Part shown: in pieces, positions 21,666 to 35,536 of the stretch | Layout: each line of letters opens with the position of its first letter | How positions within the stretch are numbered: position 1 is the stretch's first letter | Made by a program: the position numbers and the translations under genes | The notes under the pieces: model-generated | What the model was told of the DNA's origin: nothing | What the model saw: only the letters and a program-made list of their open reading frames with translations | The model's database searches: none | DNA from: Desulfomonilia bacterium | Lineage (GTDB): Bacteria > Desulfobacterota > Desulfomonilia > UBA1062 | DNA: 64,000 nt | NCBI GenBank assembly: GCA_050014195.1 | Contig: JBEKDT010000004.1 | Coordinates: 96,001 to 160,000 of the forward strand | Direction: 5' to 3'

Positions 21666-22412
21666 ATGAAGGTCGTATTCCATGAAGACTTCTACAAGGT
21701 GTACACCTCGGACCCTGCGGCGGAGGATGGGAGGATAGAGGCGGTCATGGAGGTGATCGGCGGCAAGGTGGATCTGGTTACCGCCCTAAATGCACAGATA
21801 GAAGATATCGAGGCAGTGCATACAAAAGCCCATATCGATCGTATTAAGAACATGGGCCTCCACGAAATAGCCTCTCTGGCCGCAGGCGGGGCCATCCAGG
21901 CAGCAGAGATGGGGCTTACTGAGCCGTGCTTCGGATTGATCAGACCACCGGGCCACCATGCATCCTCGGATTCAGCCTGGGGCTTTTGCTTCTACAGTAA
22001 TATGGCCATCGCCATGGACCACCTGAAGCGGAAAGGGGCCATAAAGAGCGCCTATGTCCTTGACTTCGACCTGCATTACGGCGACGGCACGGTCAACATC
22101 CTGGGTAAGAAGGGGTATGTGCAAATCCACAATCCCAAATCCTCTGAACGCAAATCCTATCTTAAAGAGGTTGCAGGCGAGCTGGAAAGTTTCAAGGCCG
22201 ACATCATCGGCATCTCGGCAGGCTTCGATAATCACGAGGAGGACTGGGGCGGGGTCTTGAGCACCGATGATTACCGGCAGATCGGCAGGCTCGTGAGAGA
22301 GACCGCGAATCGCACCGGAGCAGGGTTCTTCGCCATCCTGGAGGGCGGCTACAACCACCGGGTCCTCGGGCACAATGCGTGGGCGCTCATGCAGGGAATG
22401 GAGGGGGTCTAG
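21666..22412 (+). CDS. Compact histone-deacetylase-family protein
   Basis: RPPGHHA, GFC, DFDLHYGDGT, SAGFD, LEGGY. Confidence 0.9.
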   Translation: MKVVFHEDFYKVYTSDPAAEDGRIEAVMEVIGGKVDLVTALNAQIEDIEAVHTKAHIDRIKNMGLHEIASLAAGGAIQAAEMGLTEPCFGLIRPPGHHASSDSAWGFCFYSNMAIAMDHLKRKGAIKSAYVLDFDLHYGDGTVNILGKKGYVQIHNPKSSERKSYLKEVAGELESFKADIIGISAGFDNHEEDWGGVLSTDDYRQIGRLVRETANRTGAGFFAILEGGYNHRVLGHNAWALMQGMEGV

Positions 22413-22490
22413 TCACTAGTCACTAAAAAAATATGATTCATCACAGTAAAGCATACTCGGATCATTGAGGAGCACACAGAGGGATATCTA

Positions 22491-22913
22491 ACCACGAAGA
22501 GCACGAAGGATGAAATTTTTTGAACTCTCGAAACGGGACATTGGCTGTGCCATCGAGGTACATCGTATTCTCGGCCCTGGTTTGCTGGAATCGACATACG
22601 AGCAGTGCCTGGCACATGAGCTCCATCGGGCTGGAATAGCTTTCAAACTGCAACATCCATTGCCTGTGGAGTACAAGGGAACGAGAATGGACTGCGGCTA
22701 AAAGAGTTGATGTGCTGGTAAATGACGAGCTGATCTTAGAACTGAAGAGTTTCGAGGAGGTTAAGGGCATCCACGAGGCCCAGTTGCTTACGTATATGAA
22801 GTTGGCAGGTGTTAAGACAGGCCTGCTGATCAACTTCAATGTGAAGGTGCTTCGGACAGGCGTTAAGCGTTTTGTCTTATGATTTTCTTCGTGCTCTTCG
22901 TGTCCTTCGTGGT
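22491..22913. repeat. Inverted arrays of 9-bp CACGAAG-type repeats flanking the GxxExxY gene
   Basis: ACCACGAAGAGCACGAAGG (22491-22509) versus CTTCGTGCTCTTCGTGTCCTTCGTGGT (22887-22913). Confidence 0.8.
22510..22882 (+). pseudogene. GxxExxY (PD-(D/E)XK nuclease-like) protein, frameshifted
   Basis: LGPGLLESTYEQCL...DCG then TAA. Removing one base at ~22700 restores RVDVLV..LELKS..HEAQLLTYMKL..GLLINFN..KRFVL-stop. Confidence 0.85.
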
Positions 22914-23093
22914 GAGAACAATGAGCTGGAAGAATGAGGCAAACCATAAAAGTATGCTTCACAGAGAAGAACCAAAAATATACAGGCTCATTTGCGTTGA
23001 GAGCTCGTTGTTGTGGTAAACTATTACATGAGCAACAACGATAAGGTTATTCAGAAATGCCTGAGACGAGATGATCATGCGAGGAGGCAATAG

Positions 23094-24659
23094 ATGAAGG
23101 TCAGTACGGTTTCCGAGATGAGGGCTTTTGACAAGGCTGCAATTGTTCGATTCGGCATCCCCGAGGTGTTGCTCATGGAGAATGCAGGCCTTGCCTCGTA
23201 TGAAGTCCTGATGAGGGAATTAGGTATTGCAGGCAAGTCCTTCGTGGTGCTCTCAGGCATCGGAAACAATGGCGGCGACGGGTTTGTCACGGCTCGGAAG
23301 ATCCATTCCGCAGGAGGTAATGTCAAGGTCTTCATCCTGGGAGAGGCCGGTAAGTTCAAGGGCTCAGCCCTCATCAACCTCGAAGCAATCAGAAAAATCC
23401 CCATCGAGATCCATGAGATCGCGGCGGCAAAGGGCATCAAAAAGGATATCGCCCGTTGCGACATAATCATTGACGCCATCTTCGGCACCGGCCTGACACG
23501 CAATGTGGAAGGGCTCCATAGAGAGGTCATCGAACTGATAAACTCAAGCAATAAGACCGTCCTCAGCCTTGACATCCCATCCGGCATAAACGGCGACACA
23601 GGCCGGGTCATGGGTTGTGCCGTACATGCGGATTATACCATCACTTTCGGCCTTCCCAAGGTCGGTAACCTCCTCAATGCCGGATCTCATTACTGCGGCC
23701 GCCTCTTTGTCACCCATATCTCTTTCCCGCCGGCCTTGTACAATTCCGAATCCATCAAGCTCGCCCTCAACGACCCCCCTGCACTTCCGCCAAGGGACCC
23801 CGACGGACATAAAGGCGACTTCGGAGAGGCGCTCTTTATTGCAGGGGCCAGGGGATACTATGGCGCCCCGTATTTTGCAGCGCTCTCGTTCATGAAGGCA
23901 GGAGGAGGGTATTCACGGCTTGCAGCACCCGAATCCATAACACCTTTTATTGCCTCCAAGGGCAGCGAGATCGTGTTTATCCCCCAGGTGGAGACCGGTT
24001 CCGGCAGTATCTCACTGAAGAATAAAACCGGACTTCTGGAACTCTCTGAAAAGATGGACTTCGTTGTCCTTGGCCCGGGGTTGTCGCTGAACGAGGAGAC
24101 TGCCGCGCTTGCACGCGGGCTGGCACAGAGGATAAAAAGGCCGCTGCTCATCGACGGTGACGGTATCACCTCCGTTAGCAGAGACCTCACCTGTATCAAA
24201 AAAAGAAAGGCGCCCACCATACTCACCCCGCACCTTGGCGAGATGGCAAGAATAACCGGAAGACCGGTTAAGGATATTGATGCCGACAAGATCGGGACCC
24301 TCAGGGAAGCTGCAGCCGGCCTCAATGCCGTCATCGTGCTCAAGGGTGCCCGCACGCTCATTGGATATCCGGATGGGAAGGTCTTCATCAATATGAGCGG
24401 CAACTCCGGAATGGCCACTGCCGGATCGGGTGACGTGCTCACCGGGACCATTGCAGCCATGTACGGTCTTGGTTTGCCCCTTGAGGATGCAGTGCGCAAG
24501 GGGGTCTTCATCCATGGTGCTTCAGGGGATCTGGCGGCCCGCGATAAAGGTGAAGACGGCATAACAGCCCAGGACATCCTTGATTATCTACCCTCTGCCA
24601 TGGTGCAGGACCGGCAGGGAGTCCTCCTTAAACGATACGGCTTACCGGTCATATTCTGA
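23094..24659 (+). CDS. nnr: Bifunctional NAD(P)HX epimerase/dehydratase
   Basis: LMENAG, GNNGGDG, DAIFGTG, DIPSG, HKGDFG, LTPHLGEM, MATAGSGDVLTG. Confidence 0.95.
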   Translation: MKVSTVSEMRAFDKAAIVRFGIPEVLLMENAGLASYEVLMRELGIAGKSFVVLSGIGNNGGDGFVTARKIHSAGGNVKVFILGEAGKFKGSALINLEAIRKIPIEIHEIAAAKGIKKDIARCDIIIDAIFGTGLTRNVEGLHREVIELINSSNKTVLSLDIPSGINGDTGRVMGCAVHADYTITFGLPKVGNLLNAGSHYCGRLFVTHISFPPALYNSESIKLALNDPPALPPRDPDGHKGDFGEALFIAGARGYYGAPYFAALSFMKAGGGYSRLAAPESITPFIASKGSEIVFIPQVETGSGSISLKNKTGLLELSEKMDFVVLGPGLSLNEETAALARGLAQRIKRPLLIDGDGITSVSRDLTCIKKRKAPTILTPHLGEMARITGRPVKDIDADKIGTLREAAAGLNAVIVLKGARTLIGYPDGKVFINMSGNSGMATAGSGDVLTGTIAAMYGLGLPLEDAVRKGVFIHGASGDLAARDKGEDGITAQDILDYLPSAMVQDRQGVLLKRYGLPVIF

Positions 24660-24936
24660 GTAATTAATATTGAATTGCCGGGAATTAACCGGATTCTTAG
24701 CCTTTTTAGGGTATGACACAGAGGGAGTGTTCTCTCCTCCCTCTTTCATGATATTCATATTGAGAAGTACCCTTAACAAATTTTTATTCCCCCTGTTAAG
24801 TTTATTTCAGATCGCGCCGATATACTTACTAGCCAGAAAGAGTCAACACTCTCTTCGTAACTGCCAGGCCTTGTTAGCTTGGCATTTTTTTTACCCTCAT
24901 GGATGGATTTTATGTTTTTCACTATCAATCATGTCC

Positions 24937-25007
24937 TGTGGTATGTAAGAAAAATAGGTACAGGTTCAGGACATAGGTAACAGATGAGGTTCAAGACATG
25001 GGTTACA
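24937..25007. mobile_element. Solo IS481-family-like terminal repeat array (no transposase)
   Basis: TGT start followed by imperfect direct repeats AGGTTCAGGACATAGGTAACA (24962-24982) and AGGTTCAAGACATGGGTTACA (24987-25007). Confidence 0.55.
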
Positions 25008-25015
25008 CTTTCTGA

Positions 25016-28000
25016 TCACTGGTCACTATCCAAAATCTCCCTGACCTTCTTCGAAAGCTCGGCCATACTGAAGGGCTTCTGGATGAAACCTTTGCAGCCG
25101 CTTTGCATGATTTCCTTGGCCTGGCCGTCAAGACTGTAACCGCTTGAGAGCAGCACCCTCACTGCCGGGTTTATACGGCGCAGGGTGTCAAAGGTTTCCT
25201 TACCGCCGAAATCAGGCATGATAATGTCGAGGACCACAAGGTCGATCTTGTCCATATTCTGCTCATAAATCAGTAAACCTTGTCTCCCACCCGGAGCAGG
25301 CATCACCTGATAACCGAGACTTTCGAGCATTCTGGAGCCGACATCCAGGATCATTTCCTCATCATCGATGAGCAGCACGGCCTCTTGTCCCTTCATGATC
25401 TCGTCTTTTGTCCCGAGCTCTTCTTGCACATGCTTTTCTGAAGCAGGGAGGTAGATCATGAAGGAAGTACCAAAGTCTTTTTCACTATCCACATGGATGA
25501 ATCCGCCGTGATTCTTGATAATACCATACGCGGAGGCCAGCCCAAGGCCGGTTCCGCGTCCGCGCTCCTTGGTGGTGAAAAACGGCTCGAATATCCTTGA
25601 TTTTACCGACTCGTCCATTCCGATGCCCGTATCCGTGACAGTCACCTTCACGAATCTACCCGGGTTGATGTCGTAGGGACTCACATCAACCTTGTCCAGG
25701 TCGATATTTTCAACCGAAAGATACAGGTCACCCCCGCCCGGCATAGCCTGCCACGCATTTACGAACAGATTGAGCAGTACCTGCTCCATCTGCCCCCTAT
25801 CCACTTCTACTGACCAAAGTCCTTCGGCGATCTTGTGGTGTATCCGTATCTCCTTCTTGGTCCTGCCGAACAGCTCGGAGCTCTTGTGGATGAATTCCCC
25901 GAGATGGGTGGGTTTGACCTCGTACTTGCCTCCACGGGCAAAGCCCAGGAGCTGTTTGCTGAGGTCGGAGCCCCGTTGTACGTATTCCTCAACGCTCTTG
26001 AGTCGGTCAAAGAACGGATGAGACTCGTCACAATGCATGAGCATGAGGGATACATTACCAAGTATACCCATGAGCAGATTGTTAAAGTCATGGGCAATAC
26101 CCCCGGCAAGAGTTCCGACAGCCTCCATCTTCTGTGCACGCATGAGCTGCTGTTCCAGGTTCTTCTGATCGGTGATGTCGATGAGGAAGCCCCTCAAGCC
26201 TGCGGGTTTGCCATTGCGGTAGATGACCGTGGAGTGCACCAGTGCAGGGAAAGTGCTGCCGTCCTTTCTCCGTGCCTCATACTCATTGAGGCCAAGCCGC
26301 TCACCCTGCAAGACCCTCTGGTAGTTCATGATCAGACGATCACGATCCTCCAAGGCGAATGCATCCATGACATTCATGCCTTTATCCACTTCTGCCTGAG
26401 TGAACCCGAACTGCTTCAAGGAACTCTGATTCACAAAGGTCACTATCCCATTCTCATCAGTCTCAAATACCGTCTCTGGAAGCAGATTCGCTATGTCCCG
26501 GAATCTTTCTTCGCTCCGCTTGAGCGACTCTTCCGCCTGTTTGCGGTCGGTCATGTCGATGATGGACGCCACGCTGTCCCTGGTGCCCGGGATTATGGCC
26601 ACGCTCATGAAGAGGTTCCGGATCTCCCCCGAGCGGACCTTCACTTTGAATTCATACGAACTGGGGGCTGAACCGGGGTCGCCCCTCCTCTTCATGTGGT
26701 ACTGCTTCATCATCTCGAGTTCTTCTTTCATCACGAAATGGGTCCAGCTCATCTTGTTCTCCACTTCCTGCCTGGAATATCCCGTGAGCTTCTCGAAGTT
26801 GGAATTCACGAGCAGTATTGTGGTGCCCTCGGTCACGATCATATTGGCTGTCGCAGTGCTCTCGAATATGGTCCGGTACCGCTCCTCACTCTGCTTGAGG
26901 GCATCTTCCATCTGTTTGCGTTCGGTCATGTCGATGAGGGACACTACACTGTCCCTGGTGCCGGGTATCATAGCCACACTTGCGAAGAAGTCCCGAACCT
27001 CCCCCGATCGGATCCTTCCTCTGAATTCATACATCCTGGGGGTTGAACCGGCCTCGACCCTCCGCTTCATGTGGTATTGCTTCATCTTCTCGAGATCTTC
27101 TTCCACCACAAAATGGGTCCAGCTCATCTTGTTCTCCACTTCCTGCTTGGAATATCCGTTCAGCTTAACGAAGTTTGAATTCACCAGCAGTATTGTGGTG
27201 TCCTCAGCCAAGATCATATTGGATGTCGCAGTGCTCTCGAATATGGTCCGGTACCGCTCCTCACTCTTTTTTATGGCCTCTTCGGACTCTTTCCGGTCGG
27301 AGATGTCGGTCTGGGTGCCTATTATCCGCAGCGGCCTTCCATCCTCGGACCACCTTATGACCTTGCCGCGTTCCAGGATCCATTTATACATCCCGTCCTT
27401 GCATTTGATCCTGTGCTCGCTCGTATAGATGGGCATCTCACCTTTCAGATGCCGGATAAGATTCTCTTGGGACTGCTGCCGATCATCCGGGTGGACCAGA
27501 TTCGTCCACTCATCCTGATCGTCGGTGATCTCATCCTCCGTATAGCCGAGCATCTCCTTCCAGCGCCTGGAGCGGTAAACTTTTCTGTTTGGGACATCAA
27601 AATCCCATACCCCGTCGCCCGCGCCCTCCAGGGCGAACTGCCACCGTTCTTCACTCTCACGCAAGGCCTCTTCCACCTTCTTGCGCTCGCTTATATCCCG
27701 GGTGGTCCCCAGAATACCCGTCGGATTACCGGCTTCATCATACAGGATATTAATCTTCACCTCTGTCCATACAGTGGATCCATCCTTGCAGAGCATCTCG
27801 AGCTCGATGCTCTTCGTCCACTCTCTGCCGTGCATCTGTCCGCCGAACTCCAGCAAACGCTCCTGTGTAAAGAGATCGACTACTTTCTGGTAGGATTCGG
27901 GCGTAAGAGTATGCTCCATGGCATGCGTCATAACTTCTTCAGGGGTGTATCCCCTGAGCTCCATGACAGAAGGGCTCACATAGACATAGTGCAAGGCGGG

Positions 28001-29665
28001 GTCGAGAACCCAAATAACATCCCGCAAGTTCTCGGCAAGCAGCCTGTAGCGTTTCTCGCTTTCCTTGATAGCATGTTCCGCCTGGATCCTTTCCGTGATG
28101 TCTCTTCCTATGCCCCGAAAGCCTGCTGCCTCTCCCGATGGCCCATACATCAGAGATATGGACGCCTCGATGACCCTTTTATCCCCATCCTTTCTCATTA
28201 TTTCATAATCCACCATGGTATTTGATATGCCGGTCCTGAGTATCTCGTCGAAAATCTGGGATGCCTTTTCGGCAGACTCCGGTGTGCTATAGACCTTGTA
28301 ATTCATTCCCATGAGCTCTTGCCGGGAATAGCCGAGGACTTTGCTCAGGGAATCGTTGAAAAAGGTGAAGCTGCCCTTGAGGTCCAATTCGAAATATGCC
28401 TCATCAATGTTCTCCAGGATAGTGCGGTACTTCTCTTCGCTCTCCCGAAGGGCCTCCTCGGCCCGTTTACGCTCGGTAATATCCCGGACAACCCCCCTGA
28501 AACCAATCGGATCTCCGTCGGCATTGCGCCTCAGGGATACCGAAGCCTCTACGAAGATCCTACGGCCTCTCTTGTCCTTCAGCTCCCAGTCGACCAGGGA
28601 GATCGGCTTACCTGAGAGAAAGACGCTATGGTAAGCATTGAACACCTTCCTGGCATTCTCCTCATCCATATACTTGCGAAAATTCATTCCATTGAGTTCA
28701 TTTATGGTATAGCCGAGTCGATTCAGAGTCTTGGAATTGAAGAAGGTGAAGTTGCCCTTGAGGTCCACCTCGTAATATGCCTCTTCCATATTTTCGAGGA
28801 TACTCCTGTAGCTCTCCTCGCTTTCACACATGGCCTCCTCTGCGCGCTTACGCTCGGTGATATCCATACAGGAGGCCACGCTATCTTTGGTACCTGGAAT
28901 CAGGGCTAAAGTCAGAAAGATGTCTTTCATCTCTCCAAAGCGATTCTTGAACCTGAACTCATAGGAATTTGGGGCCGAATTCGAGTCAATCCTGCGCTGA
29001 ACATGGTAGCGCTTCATCATCTCAAGGTCTTCATCCGCAATAAAGACAGTCCAGCTCATCTTCCCTTCCATCTCTTGCCTTGAATAACCGGAAAGCTTCT
29101 CGAAATTGGAGTTCGCGAGCAGTATTGTCGTGTCCTCTCCAATGAGTATGGATGCGTTGCCTGTATTCTCGAAGATGGTGCGGTAGCGTTCCCCGATCTT
29201 CTTCAGTTGTTCTTGGGCCACCTTCCACCCCGTGATGTCACGGGCTATGCCCTGGATGGCATAGGGTTCTCCTCCCCGGTAGATGACCGAGGACCTCGTC
29301 TCCAGCCAGAGGAAGCTGCCATCTTTACGGCGAACCATGTACTCGCTGGACCCCTTCTGGGAACCTGTTTGCTTAAGTTCTTTTACGATGTTAAGCCCAA
29401 TGGGCATCTGATCGTCTGTGAGCAGGGTTCTCAATGTGAGGTTGGGCACCTCGTCTCTTGAATATCCCAGCATGGTGAGGGCGGAATTGCTGAGATCAAG
29501 GACCTTGCCTTCAAAGTCATGGACATAGATGATATCAAAAGAACGCTCAAAGAATGCCTGGTAGCGCTCCTCACTCTCCCTGGCGGTTTCCTTGGTGAGG
29601 AGATATTCCTGCTCCAGATCTTTGAACTTTTTTTCCAGTTCCTCATAGCTCGGCCGGTCGTTCAT
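25016..29665 (-). CDS. Cytoplasmic hybrid sensor histidine kinase: 9 PAS/PAC + HisKA + HATPase + REC
   Basis: Repeated 'DITERK..EE' linkers; GIAHDFNN, NAWQAM, DTGIGM, FEPFFTTK, GTGLGL; C-terminal LIDDE..LDIIMP..KPF. RBS AAGGAG favours ATG 29665. Confidence 0.93.
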   Translation of the reverse strand: MNDRPSYEELEKKFKDLEQEYLLTKETARESEERYQAFFERSFDIIYVHDFEGKVLDLSNSALTMLGYSRDEVPNLTLRTLLTDDQMPIGLNIVKELKQTGSQKGSSEYMVRRKDGSFLWLETRSSVIYRGGEPYAIQGIARDITGWKVAQEQLKKIGERYRTIFENTGNASILIGEDTTILLANSNFEKLSGYSRQEMEGKMSWTVFIADEDLEMMKRYHVQRRIDSNSAPNSYEFRFKNRFGEMKDIFLTLALIPGTKDSVASCMDITERKRAEEAMCESEESYRSILENMEEAYYEVDLKGNFTFFNSKTLNRLGYTINELNGMNFRKYMDEENARKVFNAYHSVFLSGKPISLVDWELKDKRGRRIFVEASVSLRRNADGDPIGFRGVVRDITERKRAEEALRESEEKYRTILENIDEAYFELDLKGSFTFFNDSLSKVLGYSRQELMGMNYKVYSTPESAEKASQIFDEILRTGISNTMVDYEIMRKDGDKRVIEASISLMYGPSGEAAGFRGIGRDITERIQAEHAIKESEKRYRLLAENLRDVIWVLDPALHYVYVSPSVMELRGYTPEEVMTHAMEHTLTPESYQKVVDLFTQERLLEFGGQMHGREWTKSIELEMLCKDGSTVWTEVKINILYDEAGNPTGILGTTRDISERKKVEEALRESEERWQFALEGAGDGVWDFDVPNRKVYRSRRWKEMLGYTEDEITDDQDEWTNLVHPDDRQQSQENLIRHLKGEMPIYTSEHRIKCKDGMYKWILERGKVIRWSEDGRPLRIIGTQTDISDRKESEEAIKKSEERYRTIFESTATSNMILAEDTTILLVNSNFVKLNGYSKQEVENKMSWTHFVVEEDLEKMKQYHMKRRVEAGSTPRMYEFRGRIRSGEVRDFFASVAMIPGTRDSVVSLIDMTERKQMEDALKQSEERYRTIFESTATANMIVTEGTTILLVNSNFEKLTGYSRQEVENKMSWTHFVMKEELEMMKQYHMKRRGDPGSAPSSYEFKVKVRSGEIRNLFMSVAIIPGTRDSVASIIDMTDRKQAEESLKRSEERFRDIANLLPETVFETDENGIVTFVNQSSLKQFGFTQAEVDKGMNVMDAFALEDRDRLIMNYQRVLQGERLGLNEYEARRKDGSTFPALVHSTVIYRNGKPAGLRGFLIDITDQKNLEQQLMRAQKMEAVGTLAGGIAHDFNNLLMGILGNVSLMLMHCDESHPFFDRLKSVEEYVQRGSDLSKQLLGFARGGKYEVKPTHLGEFIHKSSELFGRTKKEIRIHHKIAEGLWSVEVDRGQMEQVLLNLFVNAWQAMPGGGDLYLSVENIDLDKVDVSPYDINPGRFVKVTVTDTGIGMDESVKSRIFEPFFTTKERGRGTGLGLASAYGIIKNHGGFIHVDSEKDFGTSFMIYLPASEKHVQEELGTKDEIMKGQEAVLLIDDEEMILDVGSRMLESLGYQVMPAPGGRQGLLIYEQNMDKIDLVVLDIIMPDFGGKETFDTLRRINPAVRVLLSSGYSLDGQAKEIMQSGCKGFIQKPFSMAELSKKVREILDSDQ

Positions 29666-29830
29666 CACCTTCTCCTTCTGAAAGAGATACGGGCCTCTTT
29701 TTCCCATACCTCGTCCGGCAAGATACACGAGTACCTTTTGTAAATACTTTATCGGTAAATTGCCCTGCCGATACTTAGCATCTCATGATGAATTGGTAAT
29801 ATTGATTGTTGAGGGCTACTTATGTGAAAA

Positions 29831-31666
29831 TCAGCTGCCCCACAGGAGGCTGTTCAGGCCGGAGCTTCGCTGTGTCCGTCTGGCAACCGCGGCAGAGAAG
29901 ACCACATCGCTTGCCCATATCTCGATTGCGTTCCTGGCCCGGGTGATGCCGGTGTAGACGAGCTCTCTGGTGAGGATGGGGGAATCTCGGTCGGGCAGCA
30001 CGAACAGGACTCGGTCGAACTCGGAGCCCTGGCTCTTGTGCACGGTCATGGCAAAGGCGGTCTCGTGCTCAGGCAGCCTCATGGGTGAGATCTTTCTGAC
30101 AGACCCGTCCTTGTCCGGGAAGCATGCGCGCAACGCTCCGTCATCGTTCAGAATGAGCCCGATATCACCGTTAAAGAGCCTCACCGTGTAATCGTTCTGT
30201 GTGATGAGCACCGGCCTGCCGTGGTAATGCGGCCCTCCTGGCTCCAGCAGACCGGCATCGCGGAGGATCCCTTCCGCCATACGGTTTATGGTCTTCACCC
30301 CATAAGGCCCTTCCCGAACAGGACAGAGTATGCGGAATGTATCGAAGAGCCTGAAGCGGTCATGGATGTCATCCGTGCTGAGATAACCTTTATAGCCCTT
30401 GAGCAAACTATCCTGTAATTTATCCCGAAGCTTTTCAGGCCTGGGCAGGTCATGGTATCCAAGCTCAGGGCCCGGGCCGGACCCAAGTATCTCAAGGCAA
30501 TGCCCGGCGTCGCCGGCATTCACTGCCGTGCTTAAACGATAGATGGGGCTGTCACCGGCAAACCTGTAGGTCTTGGTGAGATCCACTAATGAGTCCTGCA
30601 TGCCGCTTGTTTCGCTGCTTGTGACGGCCACACCGGTAATCTCTTCAATCAGGGATGCAAAGGCCCTTGAATATTCATGGGTACCGCCTACATCACAGAT
30701 ATCACCGAGCACATAGCCTGCCTGAACGGATGCGAGCTGGTTCTTGTCGCCCAGGAGGATTAGTCGAGCCCCGACCTTGAGGGCCTGCACGAGGTTGGAC
30801 ATGAGGGCCAGGTCCGCCATGGACGCCTCATCGATGACCACCACGTCCGCCCTCAGCGGATTGTCAGCCGAATTGCGGGGCCGTGAAGACCCTGGTGCGA
30901 AGCCGAGGAGCCGGTGGATTGTGGAGGCTTCATGAGGGATCATGGCCTTGACATCAGGGGTACAGTCGAGCAGGCTCAGCCCGCGCTGAATAGACTCCTC
31001 AATCCTGCGGGCGGCCTTGCCCGTGGGCGCCGCCAATGCGATCTTCAAGTTCGGCTCCTGTTCGAGGATCAGGGCCAGGATCTTGCACACAAGGGTGGTC
31101 TTGCCCGTGCCGGGTCCGCCGGTTATCACGCATAATGACCGGGTCACGGCGATCAGTGCGGCTATTTTCTGCGGGATGTTCACATCCGTATCATCAGGGA
31201 ACAGGCAGATCGTGCCGTCGCGCAGCAGTGCCTGATCAAAGGGTTTCTCCCGGGCATTCAGGTCCAGCAGGGCCCTGGCCAGCCTCTGCTCGTTCTCATA
31301 AGAACGGTAGAGGTAAAGCCTGCCGGCCTCATCCAGGATCAGCGGACGATACTCCCCTGGGCTTCCTACCACCGGCTCTGATCTGAGAGCTGCCATCCAT
31401 GCTTCAGGAGAAGGCAGATCCGTGATAAGGGCCTTGTCATCCCCTTCGGCAAGCGATGCCAGGGGGTTATTCAAATCCATGCAGGTGTGCCCTTCCCTGC
31501 CGAGCCTGCTGACAAGCGCGGCTGCGAGGATGAGCTCAGGGCTGTTCGATCCTGAGAGCTGCATCATGAAACGGGCGAAATGCAGGTCAATCGGCTCGAA
31601 GACGTCCACGGACAGTATCAGAGCCTGATCAAGGTCTTGAAAAAAGCTTGCAGTATCATTTGCCAT
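29831..31666 (-). CDS. recD: Exodeoxyribonuclease V alpha subunit
   Basis: GGPGTGKT, APTGKAA, TIHRLLG, IDEASM, GDKNQL, MTVHKSQGSEF, YTGITRAR. Confidence 0.96.
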   Translation of the reverse strand: MANDTASFFQDLDQALILSVDVFEPIDLHFARFMMQLSGSNSPELILAAALVSRLGREGHTCMDLNNPLASLAEGDDKALITDLPSPEAWMAALRSEPVVGSPGEYRPLILDEAGRLYLYRSYENEQRLARALLDLNAREKPFDQALLRDGTICLFPDDTDVNIPQKIAALIAVTRSLCVITGGPGTGKTTLVCKILALILEQEPNLKIALAAPTGKAARRIEESIQRGLSLLDCTPDVKAMIPHEASTIHRLLGFAPGSSRPRNSADNPLRADVVVIDEASMADLALMSNLVQALKVGARLILLGDKNQLASVQAGYVLGDICDVGGTHEYSRAFASLIEEITGVAVTSSETSGMQDSLVDLTKTYRFAGDSPIYRLSTAVNAGDAGHCLEILGSGPGPELGYHDLPRPEKLRDKLQDSLLKGYKGYLSTDDIHDRFRLFDTFRILCPVREGPYGVKTINRMAEGILRDAGLLEPGGPHYHGRPVLITQNDYTVRLFNGDIGLILNDDGALRACFPDKDGSVRKISPMRLPEHETAFAMTVHKSQGSEFDRVLFVLPDRDSPILTRELVYTGITRARNAIEIWASDVVFSAAVARRTQRSSGLNSLLWGS

Positions 31667-31828
31667 TTATTTTGACCCTCTGTTCATATATAAATCTGCT
31701 TTTTAAATATGTTTCACTCTTCAATCAATGTCCATTCCCCCTCGCTTATCAACATCTAGTTCAGTCAATTTTCCTTCTTCATCAGGGGAAAGTTTAACTC
31801 TTTTACCCATCCCCCATGACATATATCT

Positions 31829-31846
31829 TCGCGCCAAAAGGCGCTC

Positions 31847-31849
<3 letters not shown>
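31829..31849 (-). repeat. REP copy overlapping the recB stop codon
   Basis: Minus strand TAGGAGCGCCTTTTGGCGCGA, nearly identical to the REP at 16761-16783. Confidence 0.7.

Positions 31850-35529
<3,680 letters not shown>

Positions 35530-35536
<7 letters not shown>

Noticed and set aside
22462-22962. 166-aa minus-strand ORF with HHEGHEEHEE
   Set aside because: Antisense reading of the GxxExxY pseudogene; the His/Glu run is the translated CACGAAG repeat.
24670-24948. 92-aa ORF after nnr
   Set aside because: TTG start without RBS, non-protein-like composition, runs into the IS-like end.
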